Of a stretch of DNA of 64,000 nt, positions 1 through 13,679 are shown piece by piece (position 1 is the stretch's first letter; every line of letters begins with the position of its first letter). The stretch is from Chrysomallon squamiferum (taxonomy: Eukaryota > Animalia > Mollusca), in NCBI GenBank assembly GCA_012295275.1, contig CM022673.1, positions 16,802,001-16,866,000 on the forward strand, given 5' to 3'. A model generated the notes under the pieces. It ran no database searches and was not told where the DNA came from. It saw only the letters and a program-made list of their open reading frames with translations. The position numbers and the translations under genes are program-made.

Positions 1-465
1 ACACATATTAAAATATCTGTCATTTTACTTTTACATCAATAACAGAGGTAATTAAATTTAGAACTGAAATTTGTCACCATTAACACGGTGACAACCACCA
101 AAATCAATCAGTACAATACTGCTTTCATACAGATTGCTGCCATTTTTTTTTTTTTTTTTTTTTTGTCGCGCTATTTTATCGACCTTGGATTATTGTAAAT
201 CCGATAACCGAAAAATGCTTTTTAGCTGCAGTAAAATACGATTTCCACAAAATAGATTGCATCGATGAAGGACACCAAAACACAATATAAATATCTTCAA
301 AAATACATAAAATACGTAACTATAGAAAAAATATATAATACTACAACCACTGTAACATTAAACCATTTTATCATTATAGAAAAATATATAGCCTAAACAC
401 AATATAATTATACTATAAATGTAGACAGTGTAAGGATAAAATATATATAAAAGAAAATATACACA

Positions 466-480
466 CATGTGTGTTTGTGT

Positions 481-532
<52 letters not shown>
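466..532. repeat. (TG)n microsatellite
   Basis: Direct inspection. Confidence 0.9.
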
Positions 533-535
<3 letters not shown>

Positions 536-1002
536 TAGCTGTTTTATATAAATAACATGAAACCGAGGTAAAGAAAGCACTACTCACTTGCAAATCACAG
601 TTCACATTAAGAGTTTAAAATGTTTTCTTGTCATATTGTATATTAGTTTTTCATGACAAATTTAAAACGAACTAATTTTATATATACATTACTTTTCTCT
701 CCTTCTTTCTTTTTTTAACAAAAAATATATTAGCACGTGTCTTTTTTTTTTCTTTTTTAAATCATCTTATTTGAAAAAGTACGAAGGAAAGAAAAAATTA
801 GTTCATTTTAAATTTGGCTTAAGAATATATATAGGTATTTGATAATGAAATATAATCAGGTATTAGATTTTGATTATGGATGATTATTAATTAATTAATT
901 AATTCATTCATTCATTCATTCATGTTAAAATATAATTAGAGTACATAATAATAGTATGTATAAATATATATATTTAAAACCATGACATCTTGCACTCCAC
1001 TA

Positions 1003-1037
<35 letters not shown>

Positions 1038-1162
1038 AAAAGAAGAAGAAAAAAAATCAAGAAAAAAATAATAACAATTTTTTTTAACGATACCTGAACT
1101 CTGTACAAATGGCCAAATATATAAATATATGTTGTTTGTATTATTGTTATTATTATTATTAT

Positions 1163-1199
<37 letters not shown>

Positions 1200-1436
1200 T
1201 TTAATAGCATTTTGTTTTTTATATTATTTTTAATTTTTTATATTTTAAAATTTGTTTGTAGATGAAATCAATATATTATTTTATAAGAATATATGTAGGA
1301 TTTTGTTGTTATTATAGCCTTTATGAAAGTATTATTGAAAGTTTGTAGTTGTTGTTTTAATGTTTTTGATGTTGTTTAATTGATTATTTTGGTTTATTTT
1401 TATTATAATTTATTTTATATTTGCAGGTGTGACATT

Positions 1437-1466
1437 ATGGAACGTTTCTGTATGACGTCACAATAA
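1437..1466 (+). other. 9-codon upstream ORF (MERFCMTSQ*) whose TAA overlaps the GPR19 ATG
   Basis: ATG at 1437, TAA at 1464-1466, main ATG at 1466-1468 (TAATG). It lies downstream of the acceptor at 1426, so it should be exonic. Confidence 0.55.
1453..1460. promoter_or_regulatory. Perfect CRE palindrome TGACGTCA just upstream of the GPR19 ATG
   Basis: Sequence match only; function untested. Confidence 0.25.
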
Positions 1467-2626
1467 TGCCTGACACCACCAAGTTTGCCTTAAATATTAC
1501 ATCACAAGAGTTTTACGCAGCCGACTATGACGAAATTAGACCCAGATCACAAATAACAGTGGAAGTCTTCACGCTCGCTATTCTCTGGACTCTGTCCGTT
1601 CTAGGCAATATCCTCGTGTGTCTCGTCATCTACAGAAGTCGAAGAATTCAATCAACGACTAACTACTTCGTGGTTTCGTTAGCCTGCGCAGATCTGACAA
1701 TGGTTTTGATTTGTTTTCCATTTATAGCATCACGTGTTATAGCCAATCAGTGGCTTGTGGGCGGGGCTATGTGCAAGGTGGTACGATTTGTCGAATATGT
1801 TGTTCCTTGCGCTAATATGTATGTTTTCGTATCTATATGTATAGACAGATTTTACACGATAATATATCCTCTCAGTTTTAAAGTAACTCGGGGTACCGCC
1901 AAACGAATGATTCTCTGTTCTTGGTTGTGTGCCGTTGCCGTGTGCAGTTTCACTTTTTACTTTTTCGATCTTACCATCAATACTTTATCTAACAGAACGT
2001 TCTGTCCGACGTACATACAGACGGAATCCTGGTCGGGCATAGTATACACTGTTGTAGCATTTCTCTGTCAGTTTGCTGCACCAGTTATCATGGTGGCCAC
2101 TGGATACGGGCAAGTGTCAAAATACATATGGCGGACCGGAGCATCGGGCAGACCAATTCAAAGGACCACAAATCCAGTGCCTAGAACTAAAGTTAAAATG
2201 GTTAAGATGCTGATAGTTGTAACAACTACGACGATGCTGATGTATACACCGTTCTGGGTTTTGCAGTTGTTGCATTGTTTTGTCCAGCCCGTACGCATCA
2301 ATCCGGCAGCTTTTATTTTCGCCTTATGGTTGATATGTGCCACGACTGTATGCAAATCTGGAATGTATTTGTGTTTTAATTCAAATTTCCGTAGGGGTTG
2401 TAAAGAAGTCTTCTGCATGTCAACCATGAAGTGTTACAGAAGCAACACCTACGCAATCACCAAAGCGTCGACGTTGGGACGTAACAACCACGTCGGCGTT
2501 ATGGAAAACAGCAGCGGTATTTCCAGATACAACATGGAGTCGCCATCGTACGTATTTAACAGAACTACTCACATGGAAAAAGCGGTGTGGCCTTTATCAT
2601 CTTCTACTCCAACAACCTATCTATGA
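1466..2626 (+). CDS. GPR19: GPR19-like orphan class A (rhodopsin-family) GPCR, 386 aa, intronless CDS
   Basis: Seven hydrophobic segments. GPR19-typical motifs recognised from memory of vertebrate GPR19: RSRRIQSTTNYFVVSLACADL, IDRFYTIIYPLSFKVTR, VPRTKVKMVKM, NFRRGCKEVFCMSTMKCYRSNTYAIT and C-terminal KAVWPLSS. An upstream acceptor TTGCAG at 1421-1426 and an in-frame TGA at 1430 support ATG 1466 as the start. Confidence 0.93.
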   Translation: MPDTTKFALNITSQEFYAADYDEIRPRSQITVEVFTLAILWTLSVLGNILVCLVIYRSRRIQSTTNYFVVSLACADLTMVLICFPFIASRVIANQWLVGGAMCKVVRFVEYVVPCANMYVFVSICIDRFYTIIYPLSFKVTRGTAKRMILCSWLCAVAVCSFTFYFFDLTINTLSNRTFCPTYIQTESWSGIVYTVVAFLCQFAAPVIMVATGYGQVSKYIWRTGASGRPIQRTTNPVPRTKVKMVKMLIVVTTTTMLMYTPFWVLQLLHCFVQPVRINPAAFIFALWLICATTVCKSGMYLCFNSNFRRGCKEVFCMSTMKCYRSNTYAITKASTLGRNNHVGVMENSSGISRYNMESPSYVFNRTTHMEKAVWPLSSSTPTTYL

Positions 2627-4865
2627 CATTCACTATTTCACAGGCTTAAAGTGTACTTCTGCTGGAAAAAATAAGTCTAAATACAATGAATTTGTATATT
2701 TTCAAATATTTATTTCACATGTCATTCGAGACCAATCGTTTACTAATGATAAAATATGAATAATGATAATATTAAAATAACATTTTCTAAAAGTCTATGG
2801 CGATCATTAGAAACAACCATCTTGTTATGTATCTTGTGCGCTCAAAATTATAGCAATCAAAAAACAACAATAACCCAACGCGTTAACGTGCTCTTGTAAA
2901 TACTAACATTTGCCGGTTATAAATCCTCGATCACCTATTTCGTTAATACAAATCATGGGTTAAAACTCGAAAAAAAGGGATTAATAGGCAAAACGTATTA
3001 TTTTGTTTTGGTTATAATCTTCTAATGCCAACATCAACCGATAGTAAAAATATTTTATAGTCAAAACTCTTGCCGTAAAATAGAGTAAACTGCGAACGAA
3101 CTTTTGTTATCTTAGAGTGAATGGGGGATTAGTTTTGTACTACATAAGAAATCTTAAAACAGCACAAATAAACAAGTAATTCCATTTCCAACTTAACTTT
3201 TAATTTTGTCAGTATCTGAATATGTGAAACTTAATCACTAACGAAAACACAAAACACTAGGTCTTAGGTGAAAAGGCATCTACATTATTTGAATAAATGA
3301 GATTCGTACGCACGTACATCTGCATCCTTAAATCAGAGAGAGTAAATGAGGTGGTTGATTCCTTCCTCTTAACTGACCGGTTAGCCAGTTAGAAACGAAT
3401 ATTTTCCCAAATCAGAACAGATCCACTTTTATTTATCTTCATCAGCAATGAACAAAGACGTCTCGTGAGTCCGTAGGTTGTTTTGTTAGGGTTTTTTGTT
3501 TTTTGTTTTTTATTTTATTTATTTATTTATTACTATTATCATCATCATCATCATCATCATTTGTCATGTATAGGGTAGTTGGTTCAAACTGGTAATCGCT
3601 GCGTGTTGTTAAATTATTATCATACTTTATTATTTGCAAAGATTGGTAGCCAGTGACAAATAACATGTATTTAGATTATAAGTACACTTTGCGGCTGAGA
3701 GAAATCGTGATCGACTCTCGGGAAAATGTTCTTGGATTTAATAACGAAATGAAGATAGGTAATTTGTTCGAGAATTAGCATTGGTATTTAACAACCCGTC
3801 TGTGACAGAAAGGGTTAACTGACCACTATTACTTGCCAGAGTTTATCATTACAGGTTGAAATAATTTAATCTGTAGCTCATCTTGGATTTGTTTAGAAGA
3901 TGTTGCTGCGCCGATCGCTTATCAGTACAAAAACTGCCGATTATTATGACAATGAGGTGCTACGCTGTGCATTTTCCAGTTTATTATACATCATTTGAGA
4001 AAATTATTATTATTATTTACGAAGAGAAATTTTAAACTATTTTTAACTTCGAGAGCAAGGGAGTGCGACCCTTCTACACATTGTCTCAGTAAATTATGTA
4101 AGAACTAAATACCTTCAGTTTATATCATATGATTTTATTATATAAATATATTTTATGAGGAACGATAAAAATAGCGATTTTTTTCCCTTTACTCCATCTT
4201 GTTGCCATTTCAGATTTGTAAAAGTATTAAAGAAAATGTTGATATTTGTTTTTGCGTTAAAATGATTATTATTAATTTTATTTATTAAAAGTTTTGTTTG
4301 TTTCTTTGTTGATTGACTGGTTGTACTACTGCTACTGCTACTGCTACTTCTACTGCTACTGCTACTTCTGCTGCAGCCATTGGTACTTCTTCTTCTTGTT
4401 ATCATTATTATTATGTATTTGTTTCTTGTATTTTTTTTTATTATTATTTTTTTTTAAATTATCAGTTCTTTTCCATTATTGATTCTGAATTTTCAAAGAG
4501 TCGTTTTTGTACTTTCCATGAAATTTCCTTTTATTTAAATTTTTTTGTATTGCTATTGTTATTGTTTTTGCTTTTGTGTAATGAAATAAATATGAAAACA
4601 AAAACAAAAGTAAATAACAAAATAAATGGAAGTGAGTCAATTAATGATCAAGCATTTTTCGTAAATCTATTTAAACAGACGACACCAAAATGGCGCCCGC
4701 ATTTATATAATTAAACGTAATTATCCAGACAATTTTCGTTCCGAAGATAGCACCTTAAGATCGTTAATAAACACATTGATTGTTGATGTAAGTATATTCT
4801 GAGTATTAATTATATAAATAAGATACTTTAATGTCCTAACTGGATGTTTTGAAAGTATTTTGTCT

Positions 4866-4879
4866 GTTGCCATAGCAAC
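4866..4879. promoter_or_regulatory. RFX X-box GTTGCCATAGCAAC
   Basis: Near-perfect palindromic match to the RFX consensus GTTNCCATGGNAAC. A YY1-like CAAAATGGCG lies at 4686-4695 and GTAAGT donors at 4960 and 4964. Confidence 0.55.
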
Positions 4880-5322
4880 AAGTGTTAGAAAGATGGTGAA
4901 CATTTATCGGTCGTACAGCCACGAATATAAGAAATGAACATATTCACATAGGCATATAAGTAAGTAAGAAAGTGAAGAAATAAATAAATAAATAAATAAA
5001 TATGATATTCAAACACCACTTTATATATATATGGTTAATTTTAGATCTACACAATTATTAGTTTTTAAATATTTTATATTACAAAAATTAAAACAACATA
5101 ATTATTACACTTTATGAAAATCATTATTATCTTGTTCTGGTTACCACAGAAACCTGACTGATCTCCAGTCAAGTGAAACACGACCTTTACATAATGAGCT
5201 CTCCAGAGAAATGTTACGTTAGATAGAAATTAAAAATAACTGACAGAATGACTAGAATTAAATACCATTATTTTCTCGAACCCAAATAATAATGTTTTAC
5301 TAATGTTTTTTTAAAACAATTA

Positions 5323-5386
<64 letters not shown>

Positions 5387-5542
5387 CAGCAGCATAGTAG
5401 TAATAGTAGTAGTAGTGGTAGTATTTTTTTTATGTTACTGTTATCATTTTTTAAAAAGAACCATGTTAACTATAATCCATTTATAAATTTATATAATGAT
5501 GATGATGATGATTATAATAATAACAATAATATTCATTTATTT

Positions 5543-5590
<48 letters not shown>

Positions 5591-6239
5591 TTATTATTAG
5601 AATTAGGATTAATCAATCGATATATAAAAAGAACCTATGGTATGTTACTGAAGTAGTGGACAAACTGGCACACATAACTTAAGACCTTTTAATTCTGGAA
5701 AGTCATTTTTAGAACTATTTTCTGAAGAAAAAAGAGTCTTTGACAACATCAGAGTATTTGTAAATGAGAAACACAACACAATAATGAAAGACAGACAAAG
5801 GCATTTCTTTGTAATCTTTAATACTGAATGCGCTGTATATATATATATACACACATACACACACACATACATCATACACACACACCAAAGATTGCTGAAC
5901 ATGATGGATATTCACGTTAAAACAGCAAGTGCTACGACTAATGTTGTTGTCACTGTTACTGTTAATACTGCTGTCAATAACGATGATAACGACAACAATA
6001 ACAACAACAACAGTAATCATAATAATAATAAAAAGAAGAGAAACCAATATCATCATCAACATGATAGAGAACTAACAACACGTTTGACGGAGACATTAAG
6101 ATTAGGTTGATACCAGACTTTTCTAATAAATAATCTAACCTACATTTTCTTTGTAGTTCTACACAAATAATACTGCAAAAACTAACCGTATTCACAGAGA
6201 TTCCGTTATTGATTTTGCAAATAATGAGAAGATTTTTCT

Positions 6240-6273
<34 letters not shown>

Positions 6274-6757
6274 GTTTGTTTACAAAGTCACGTATAATAC
6301 TGCAGCTTGCACGGTGGTTGACTGAGATGTTGTGTTGTGTTGAATGTTTTCTAACGTACACTGATTTATGTATGCACTTTTCTGGTGAACATATATTTCG
6401 TACTCGGATCTAATTACTTATGGTTTGATAATCTGCATTTAAAACCGATTTCTTATTTCCTAAATTTATTTTTAAAAGGATATACATACATACACACATA
6501 TACGTAAATATATACACATATACAAACACCTAGATACATACATACACACACAGGCACTCAGACTGACATATACATACACATACTTACATACACACATACA
6601 TACAATCACAAACATGAACATGTAGACATACATACATCAGTTGAGTTTATAAATGAGTATGCTGTAATTATAATATAGCAGAAATACCCCCTCCCCCTCC
6701 CAAAAAAAAACGTTTATAAATTTACATGAATTAAATTTTTAGTAATTTATTTACCTG

Positions 6758-6792
<35 letters not shown>

Positions 6793-6819
6793 AGCGAAAA
6801 AAGAACAACACAGGAGTGT

Positions 6820-7360
6820 ACGAATTGCAGGTGCGCCTTTGTCACACTTCATGCGCTCATTTCAGCTTCGGAAGTCAAACATGGTAGCCAGCTTTCATTT
6901 GGCGTTTGTCAAACTTACTGAAAATTATATTCCTGGTAATCTAAGATTATTTTGTTGGCAAAATTCTCGCGTTAAACGGAGAATTAAACTCGATGAATCC
7001 AACAAATTTGATCGAATGCTGAATTAAAAATAAACTAATCACATTTTTTAAAATCAGTAATTGATTTTTAAAACCTGGATTTATTTTTGCTTGAAGTGTT
7101 GATTAGCAACGCCAGAGAAAATAACAACAATGGTAACTTTTATTCCCAGTCAAATCACAGCCAGTACAAATAGGAATAGGAATAGGAAAAAAATTAACGT
7201 GCTAATCAGAGCAAGCTGTTGTGAAGCACGTCTGCGACGGGCACGCTTTCTGACAGGTCAGCGGGCGCGTCCGTCGCAGAAAAGAGTTTTGGGTAGGGAA
7301 AAGAATGGATTCTCGCCACGATTGCAGGACAAAGCTAGTACAAAGCTAGTACAAAGCTAA
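6820..7360 (+). promoter_or_regulatory. CpG-rich promoter-like region, probably the MMADHC promoter and first non-coding exon
   Basis: Locally high CpG and GC, ETS site CGGAAGT at 6869-6875 followed by AAACATGG, and a candidate donor CTG|GTAATC at 6936. It lies about 2 kb upstream of the MMADHC acceptor at 9016. Confidence 0.45.
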
Positions 7361-7532
7361 GGAAACTCTTTTATAGTTCTATTTCAAATATCCGACTTAC
7401 AACACCTGCGCCTTTAATTGCCTTTAGTCTCATGATTACAGACACATTATTGCCCCTAATTAGAATTGCACCACCTTTCTGGAGTTGGCCACAAGCTTTA
7501 GCTGAGTTTGTGTAGAAGATTATGGTCAAAGA

Positions 7533-7563
<31 letters not shown>

Positions 7564-9066
7564 GCATATTTTAAACTTTTTACCACATTTTTAAAATACG
7601 TAAGACTGAAAAATGTAAAAATAAATAAATAAATAAATAAAATATAATTCAAACAGGGTAAAAATGGAAAATCGGCGGCTCTTTTGACTTTAAAAACGAA
7701 CACATGTGGAAAATATTTTTGCTGAAACTTTTTTCTCCAAGAGCTTTACTTAAATTATCTAAAAATGCATGTGGCTATTTATTCTGTATTGTGTTTGTCC
7801 GAATATTGTAGCTTCAGTAGCGAAGCTACTGATTACAGTGCCATCTAAAAATAGACGCAGACTGCAATTATTATTATTAGTAGTAGTAGTAGTAGTAGTA
7901 GCAGTAATTAAAACAGTTTGATGAATTTGATTAATTTTAACGGTTACTTATTAGCAGGCCAAATTATTCGATAAATAATATTTTATTTTTTTTCTGTCTC
8001 GATTCTCCTGGCCGTCTAAAAAGGTTATAATTTAACGAGACTGTGATTTTCGTACAAATTATGTCGTATCTGAGTAATCGAACTTGGAGATTAACCTTGT
8101 GAAAAGAAAACAAATGTACGATATGTATTTTATTGTTTTATCGAAAAGCATTTTAATGGTGTTCTATAATATTAATGTTAGTATTTTAATTTAATGCTAA
8201 ATCCATTTCCTTGTCTGTATTATAATTATGTCGTCATCCATTTTTATCATAACAATACAATACTCAGTATACTGTGAATCCCATAATTCAGAATATAATT
8301 AATAATTTTGTAAATTGGCATTCCTTAGACCAAGTAATTAGTAAGTTAGTATTAATATTAATGAATAATAATTTCGTTAGTTTTTATTATTAATATTAGA
8401 CTCAATTTCTTTTTATAATTTAATACCTTCAACCTAATTTCTAATATGACTTATTTCACTACTAAAAATACATAATTTATTAATTATGAACGTAAATTTG
8501 ATTTATTATTGATACATTAAAATATTTGCAATGTCATGTAATTCTGTGCAATGTTCAAAGAAGATTAATTTATTATATATTCTATTTCATGTTTAAAAAA
8601 AAAAATGATATGCTGTGAAAATAAATTGATATAATAAGTACAGAAAACGATGCTGTCACTGTTTTTTTTAAATTATTGTTATTAACAAAGGCATTCATGC
8701 ATGGAAAATATTTATAAGATGCCAATTCCAAAATAGAAATAACTAACAATAAAATATATAACATAACATAACAACATAACAGTAATTCAACAATAATATA
8801 TAATGCACATAACATGATACAGTTTATATTGTACTGAATAATATATGTACTGTTATCTGTCCACTAGTTATTTATTGGTGGTTATTTGATAGCACTGAAA
8901 AAAAGATGTCGTCATATTTAAGCTCACTTAAACGTTATCAATTAATTAATATTGGTATTTTTTTATTTTGTGTAAAACAATTTACTTAATTTTATTAATT
9001 TTTTTCATTTTCACAGATTCTTTCTCATCATTTTGAATGTAAAAGTGGACAGCATAAATATAATTG

Positions 9067-12000
9067 ATGGCTGTAAGGGTGAGTATACTTTTTTCAGTTT
9101 TGTTAACACGGGTTTGAATTCAAGAAAGGCACAAATGAGAAATGTCTTTATATACTCACTTTCTCATTATGCAGTTTTTCACAAATAAAAAAATTATCAA
9201 AAAGTTAAAAACATTATGCAGGTCAGAGAATCATATCAAAAAGATAAAGAAAAAATTATATATATAATAATAAAGCGAAGGGAATCCAGTAGATTACAGA
9301 ATCAGTATATGTTTTTCTGGATAAAGAGAAAGATGTACAAAAATTACCCTTGCTGCATTTTGGAAAGAGTTTATCCCATGTTAAGTTTTTTTTCTCTTCT
9401 GTTATCCCAAGAAAAGATTTTGGTATATTTGACATTCATGGTTTGATTTGCTTTTCAGCTTATATCAAGCAATAGAAAAATTGTTGCTTACCTGCCAAAC
9501 CTGCAGGCTGCAGTCAAGCATATCAGAGTATTTTCTTCTTACGACAGACATCAGCATTCAGGCATTCATTTTGGAGAACCATCAGGTTGGTTGTGTTTAA
9601 TATGCTGAACATTTAAACAAACATTATTAATAAAAGGTATTGTGATTATACAGGTGTCAGTGTAGGTGAGCAAGTATGAGCAGAAGTGAATGAGTGTGAT
9701 TTTGAGTGATAGAGTCAAAGGGAATAAGAAAGTTTGATATGTATGTTTCATTAAAATGATTCTCTTTATGGACAGAAATAGTTTGTCATGAAAACTGGCC
9801 TTTGTTACACAGAAATTTAAAATAAAAATGCATTTTGTTAGGTTTTGTGTCTTAATGCTTAAATCATTTGGTCTAAAAAAGTGGAAATTTTGTCCCATTT
9901 ACATTCGTAATACCTAATTATACAACTTATTCAAAAGAGTAAACATTTTACGATTTGAACCATCTTGACCCAGTTTAGTCAAAACATTAAGATTAGTCTA
10001 TATAATCTATGTTTGTTCTACATTCACAATCTGACATAGTTTATCCAGATAAAAACTTTGGCTTATTGACATTGAAAGGGTCATTGTACGCTTTATAAGA
10101 CATTACTGTTATCTGGGCTGTTTTTTTGGTTTGGTTTATTTATTTAGTTCTTTCTTTCTTTCTTTGTATGTCTGTCTGTCTGTCTAGCAGTTAATTGTTA
10201 ATATTAATATTAATATTATTATTATCATTATTATTATCAATAACCATTTAGTGAGATAACCATCTTGGCTGACCTAGACTTAGCAGGTTATGACCTATTT
10301 TTTTTTGAGTCAAAAATGTTTTATACCTAGGGTCAGAAACAGTTTGGCCTGATAAAAATCTTGGACCTTTTGGCCCTGAAGATAAAAGATTTCCATTTCC
10401 TGGACGTGTTGGACACAGTTCTTTTCTTCAGGAAAAACCAGTGATATTTCGACCTGACCCCACTTCATCTCTCCCTCAGTTACCTGGGGAACGACATTGT
10501 GACATTGCAGAACAGTTTTTATCTTCTGTAGAGCAGGTCTGTAGAAATACATTTTACATGTGTGCAATTTGGTTTTTGATTTGAATAATATTTGAAATAG
10601 TTTTTTTATTCTTCTAAAAGATGTTTAGGTAAATAGAATATTTAATAAGTAAACAATTGTTATTTTATAGAACTTTTTTCCTTTAATAAATATTTACTAT
10701 ACTTGTTTTTCTTTTAAAATAATACCAAAAAAATATTATAATAATAATTAATAAAAATATAAATGGCAAGTTTTGTAAAATTAATCTCTATATTTCTGTT
10801 ATATTTATTTGTTGTTGTTTTCTGCTCTATTTCATGTTGTCAAAATATTTATATTTTTGTAAAGATTGAGGAAGCCAATGGCTATATGCCAGAATCTGAG
10901 ACACCATCACCATCAGAAATGTTAGAATGTGTTGCTCAAGAATGTCCACAGATTTTACGAAGAGGTAAATTTAACCTTTAACCTCAGAGTAAATACTCTA
11001 TCATATAGCATTTTAAGAACGGATAAATCTTACATTTCTTCTCACACTAAAAACTTTACACTTACAGCAATAAGTAAAGAATAAGCATGTTAATAAAGCT
11101 TTACAATAACAGTAATGTTTATATGAGATACCAAATCACAAGGAGAAAAGAAAGTAGGGAAAGTATTTTTGTAGGCTATTTCATTATTAGCAGAAGTCAT
11201 TTTATAGAGAAAAAATTGACTTAGAAGACGATGTAATAAATAAAATTTTAAATATAGATTTCAGGGGCATTACCATTATATTTTTTGTGACATTCAGATC
11301 TTTTTGAAGTCCTAAAATGAAAAGAGAACAAATCCAAAACCTTAACAAATTCTTATATATAATCGATATGTATATATACATATCTACTTTTTTTTTTAAA
11401 ACAACCTGTAATCATTGTGAAAATAAATAAAAGAAAACTCTTGTTTTAAACTGTTAAGAAATACAAAACAAACCATATAACTTAAAAAAGAAAGAAAGAA
11501 AAAGATAAATAAATTTAAATTATAGAAATAATTACCTGAAGAACAAAAAGTAAATCAGCTGCAAGTAACTTGATGTTTTGAAATTCTAGAATTTGCTGAT
11601 CTGTTTCCTGAGCGCAACCTCCAAGATGGCATATTGACTGTGATCTCCATCAGTCAGAAAACTGTTAACGATATGACTACCTGGTCCAGAGATGTAGAAA
11701 CTGAGAGAGAAAATCTGTTAGAAGCTGTAAGAACTTATAAACTAACGATGTTCTGTTTTTGTTGCTGACATTATTTTAATCAAATTATTAAAGCCTGATA
11801 ATTATTAGTGAAGTATTATTTTATTAATTTATTTATATATTTATTTATCTTTTTTGCTAGTTCATTCAAGGTGCTACTGAAATTTGTGAAGGTCTTCAGG
11901 AAATTGGTTATTGGGCAGATTTCATTGATCCTTCATGTGGGAAACCAGTATGTATTAACTTTGTTAATCTGACTAAATATTTTCTTCTAATCCTTTAAGT

Positions 12001-12500
12001 CTTTTTATAATTTATAGTTATAACTGATATTTGAGAAACATTATTTAAAAATATTGTTCTAAATCAAAATTATAAAATGAAATTCAGTAACTGAACCTTT
12101 TGCAGGTTATTGGATCATTTCTTTTGTAAAATTTAAATAAAGGTAAATCTTTTAAATGCTAATTTATATTATTATTATTTTACTGAACGTTAAAATTCTT
12201 CCATTAAGGAATTAAAACATTTTACAAAACATCAAGCCTAGCAGTGGATATGTTATGCAAGTTTTCCAATCCAATCATTCATTTGAATGTTTTGTTTTTC
12301 AGTATTTTGGACCTCATACAAACACTACTTTCTTTGAAACAGACGAGAGATATCGCAATCTAGGTTTTGAAATTCTTGATCTGGGCTGTTGTAAGGTGAT
12401 CAGTCATCACATATGGGGGACACATGCATTTGTTGGCTGTCTGTTTACCAATGCACCTCTAGACCACGAAGTATTGCAGGAGATGAAAAGCATGAAATAG
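9067..12500 (+). CDS. MMADHC: MMADHC (CblD) cobalamin-trafficking protein, 7 coding exons, about 288 aa
   Basis: Exons 9067-9078, 9459-9585, 10331-10536, 10865-10964, 11590-11726, 11861-11947 and 12303-12500. All are GT-AG and phase-consistent, totalling 867 nt. Motifs: [62 protein letters not shown] and [35 protein letters not shown]. Confidence 0.95.
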
Positions 12501-13679
12501 TGTCTATGTGTGTATATATATCTATATATACACACACACACACACACACATTTGTGGGTTTTAAAAAAAAATACTTTATAGCAGTTGTGATCACAATTGG
12601 TGCATCAGTCTGAATATATTTGGAGAATTCAAATAGCACAGTATGATGAGACTAGAATGTTGGTGATGTTGTTTTAAATGATGTTGACAATTATTTTGTG
12701 GAATATTAATATAAGTTTCTCACACTGGAATAAAAGTTCAAACTTTTCTTTTTATTTAAATGTAATAATAAGAAGGAAAAAAAATAGAAAAGTAAGAAAT
12801 GGTTTTTGTAATGCTAAGCAAACTTTTCCTAATATGGAATAATTTATAATATTGTCAGTTTTCTACACATTAAACATGTTTAGGTTTTATAATAATAATC
12901 ATTTTGAAAAACAGATATTTTGTTTTTTATAAGACAGATATGTCAATTGATAAAATAATTACATTTTTGGGGTCTAAAATAAACTGGGGGTTTTTCAGTT
13001 TATGTTTGTTAAATAAAAATCATGTTAATACATACTCATGCACACTATATTTCCTTTGTCAAATTAGTCTGTGTAATAACTGTGTTCTTATACTAAATAA
13101 AATACACAGATTACATATAACTGTAATATGCTGTGAAATCTATGTTAATCAAAAAAAAAAAGAAGAAAAAGAAAACAAAGAAAGAAAAACAAGAAGCAAA
13201 AATAAAATAAAAGCAGACAGTATAAAATATAATTCAGAAGTTTTGCTTGTACTAAAACATTAAAATCAGTTTATATTCATGTATGGTATGCATTTTATAT
13301 TTACTTCTTAATTCTTACATGATATGAATTATACAGATTTAAAAAAAGAAAATAATTCTTGCAATACATTATTCTAACTGCTTTTAAAAATATTTGCATA
13401 TCATGTGGTCGGTTGACTTTATATTTTCAGTGTGAGTTAAGATTCATCTTTGTACATTTGTGTGGATGAAAACCGTATGGCAATGAAAAATGTGAAAATA
13501 AAAATATTTTGACAGTATTTGTTCTTTATTTTGTTACTATGGAGTCATGTTATAAAGAAGAATTGAAATTTAAAAAATCTGATTGGGTATAAATGTAGAG
13601 TGGTATTACTGTGAGAAAGACAAATAAAAGAAATAAAATGCAAAATGCACACGTGTGCACACACACATATTTCTTCTTC

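Noticed and set aside
2158-2427. Antisense 89-aa ORF inside GPR19
   Set aside because: It is a typical shadow ORF on the reverse strand of a real CDS.
7329-7360. ACAAAGCTAGT x3 direct repeat
   Set aside because: A short slippage repeat with no evidence of function.
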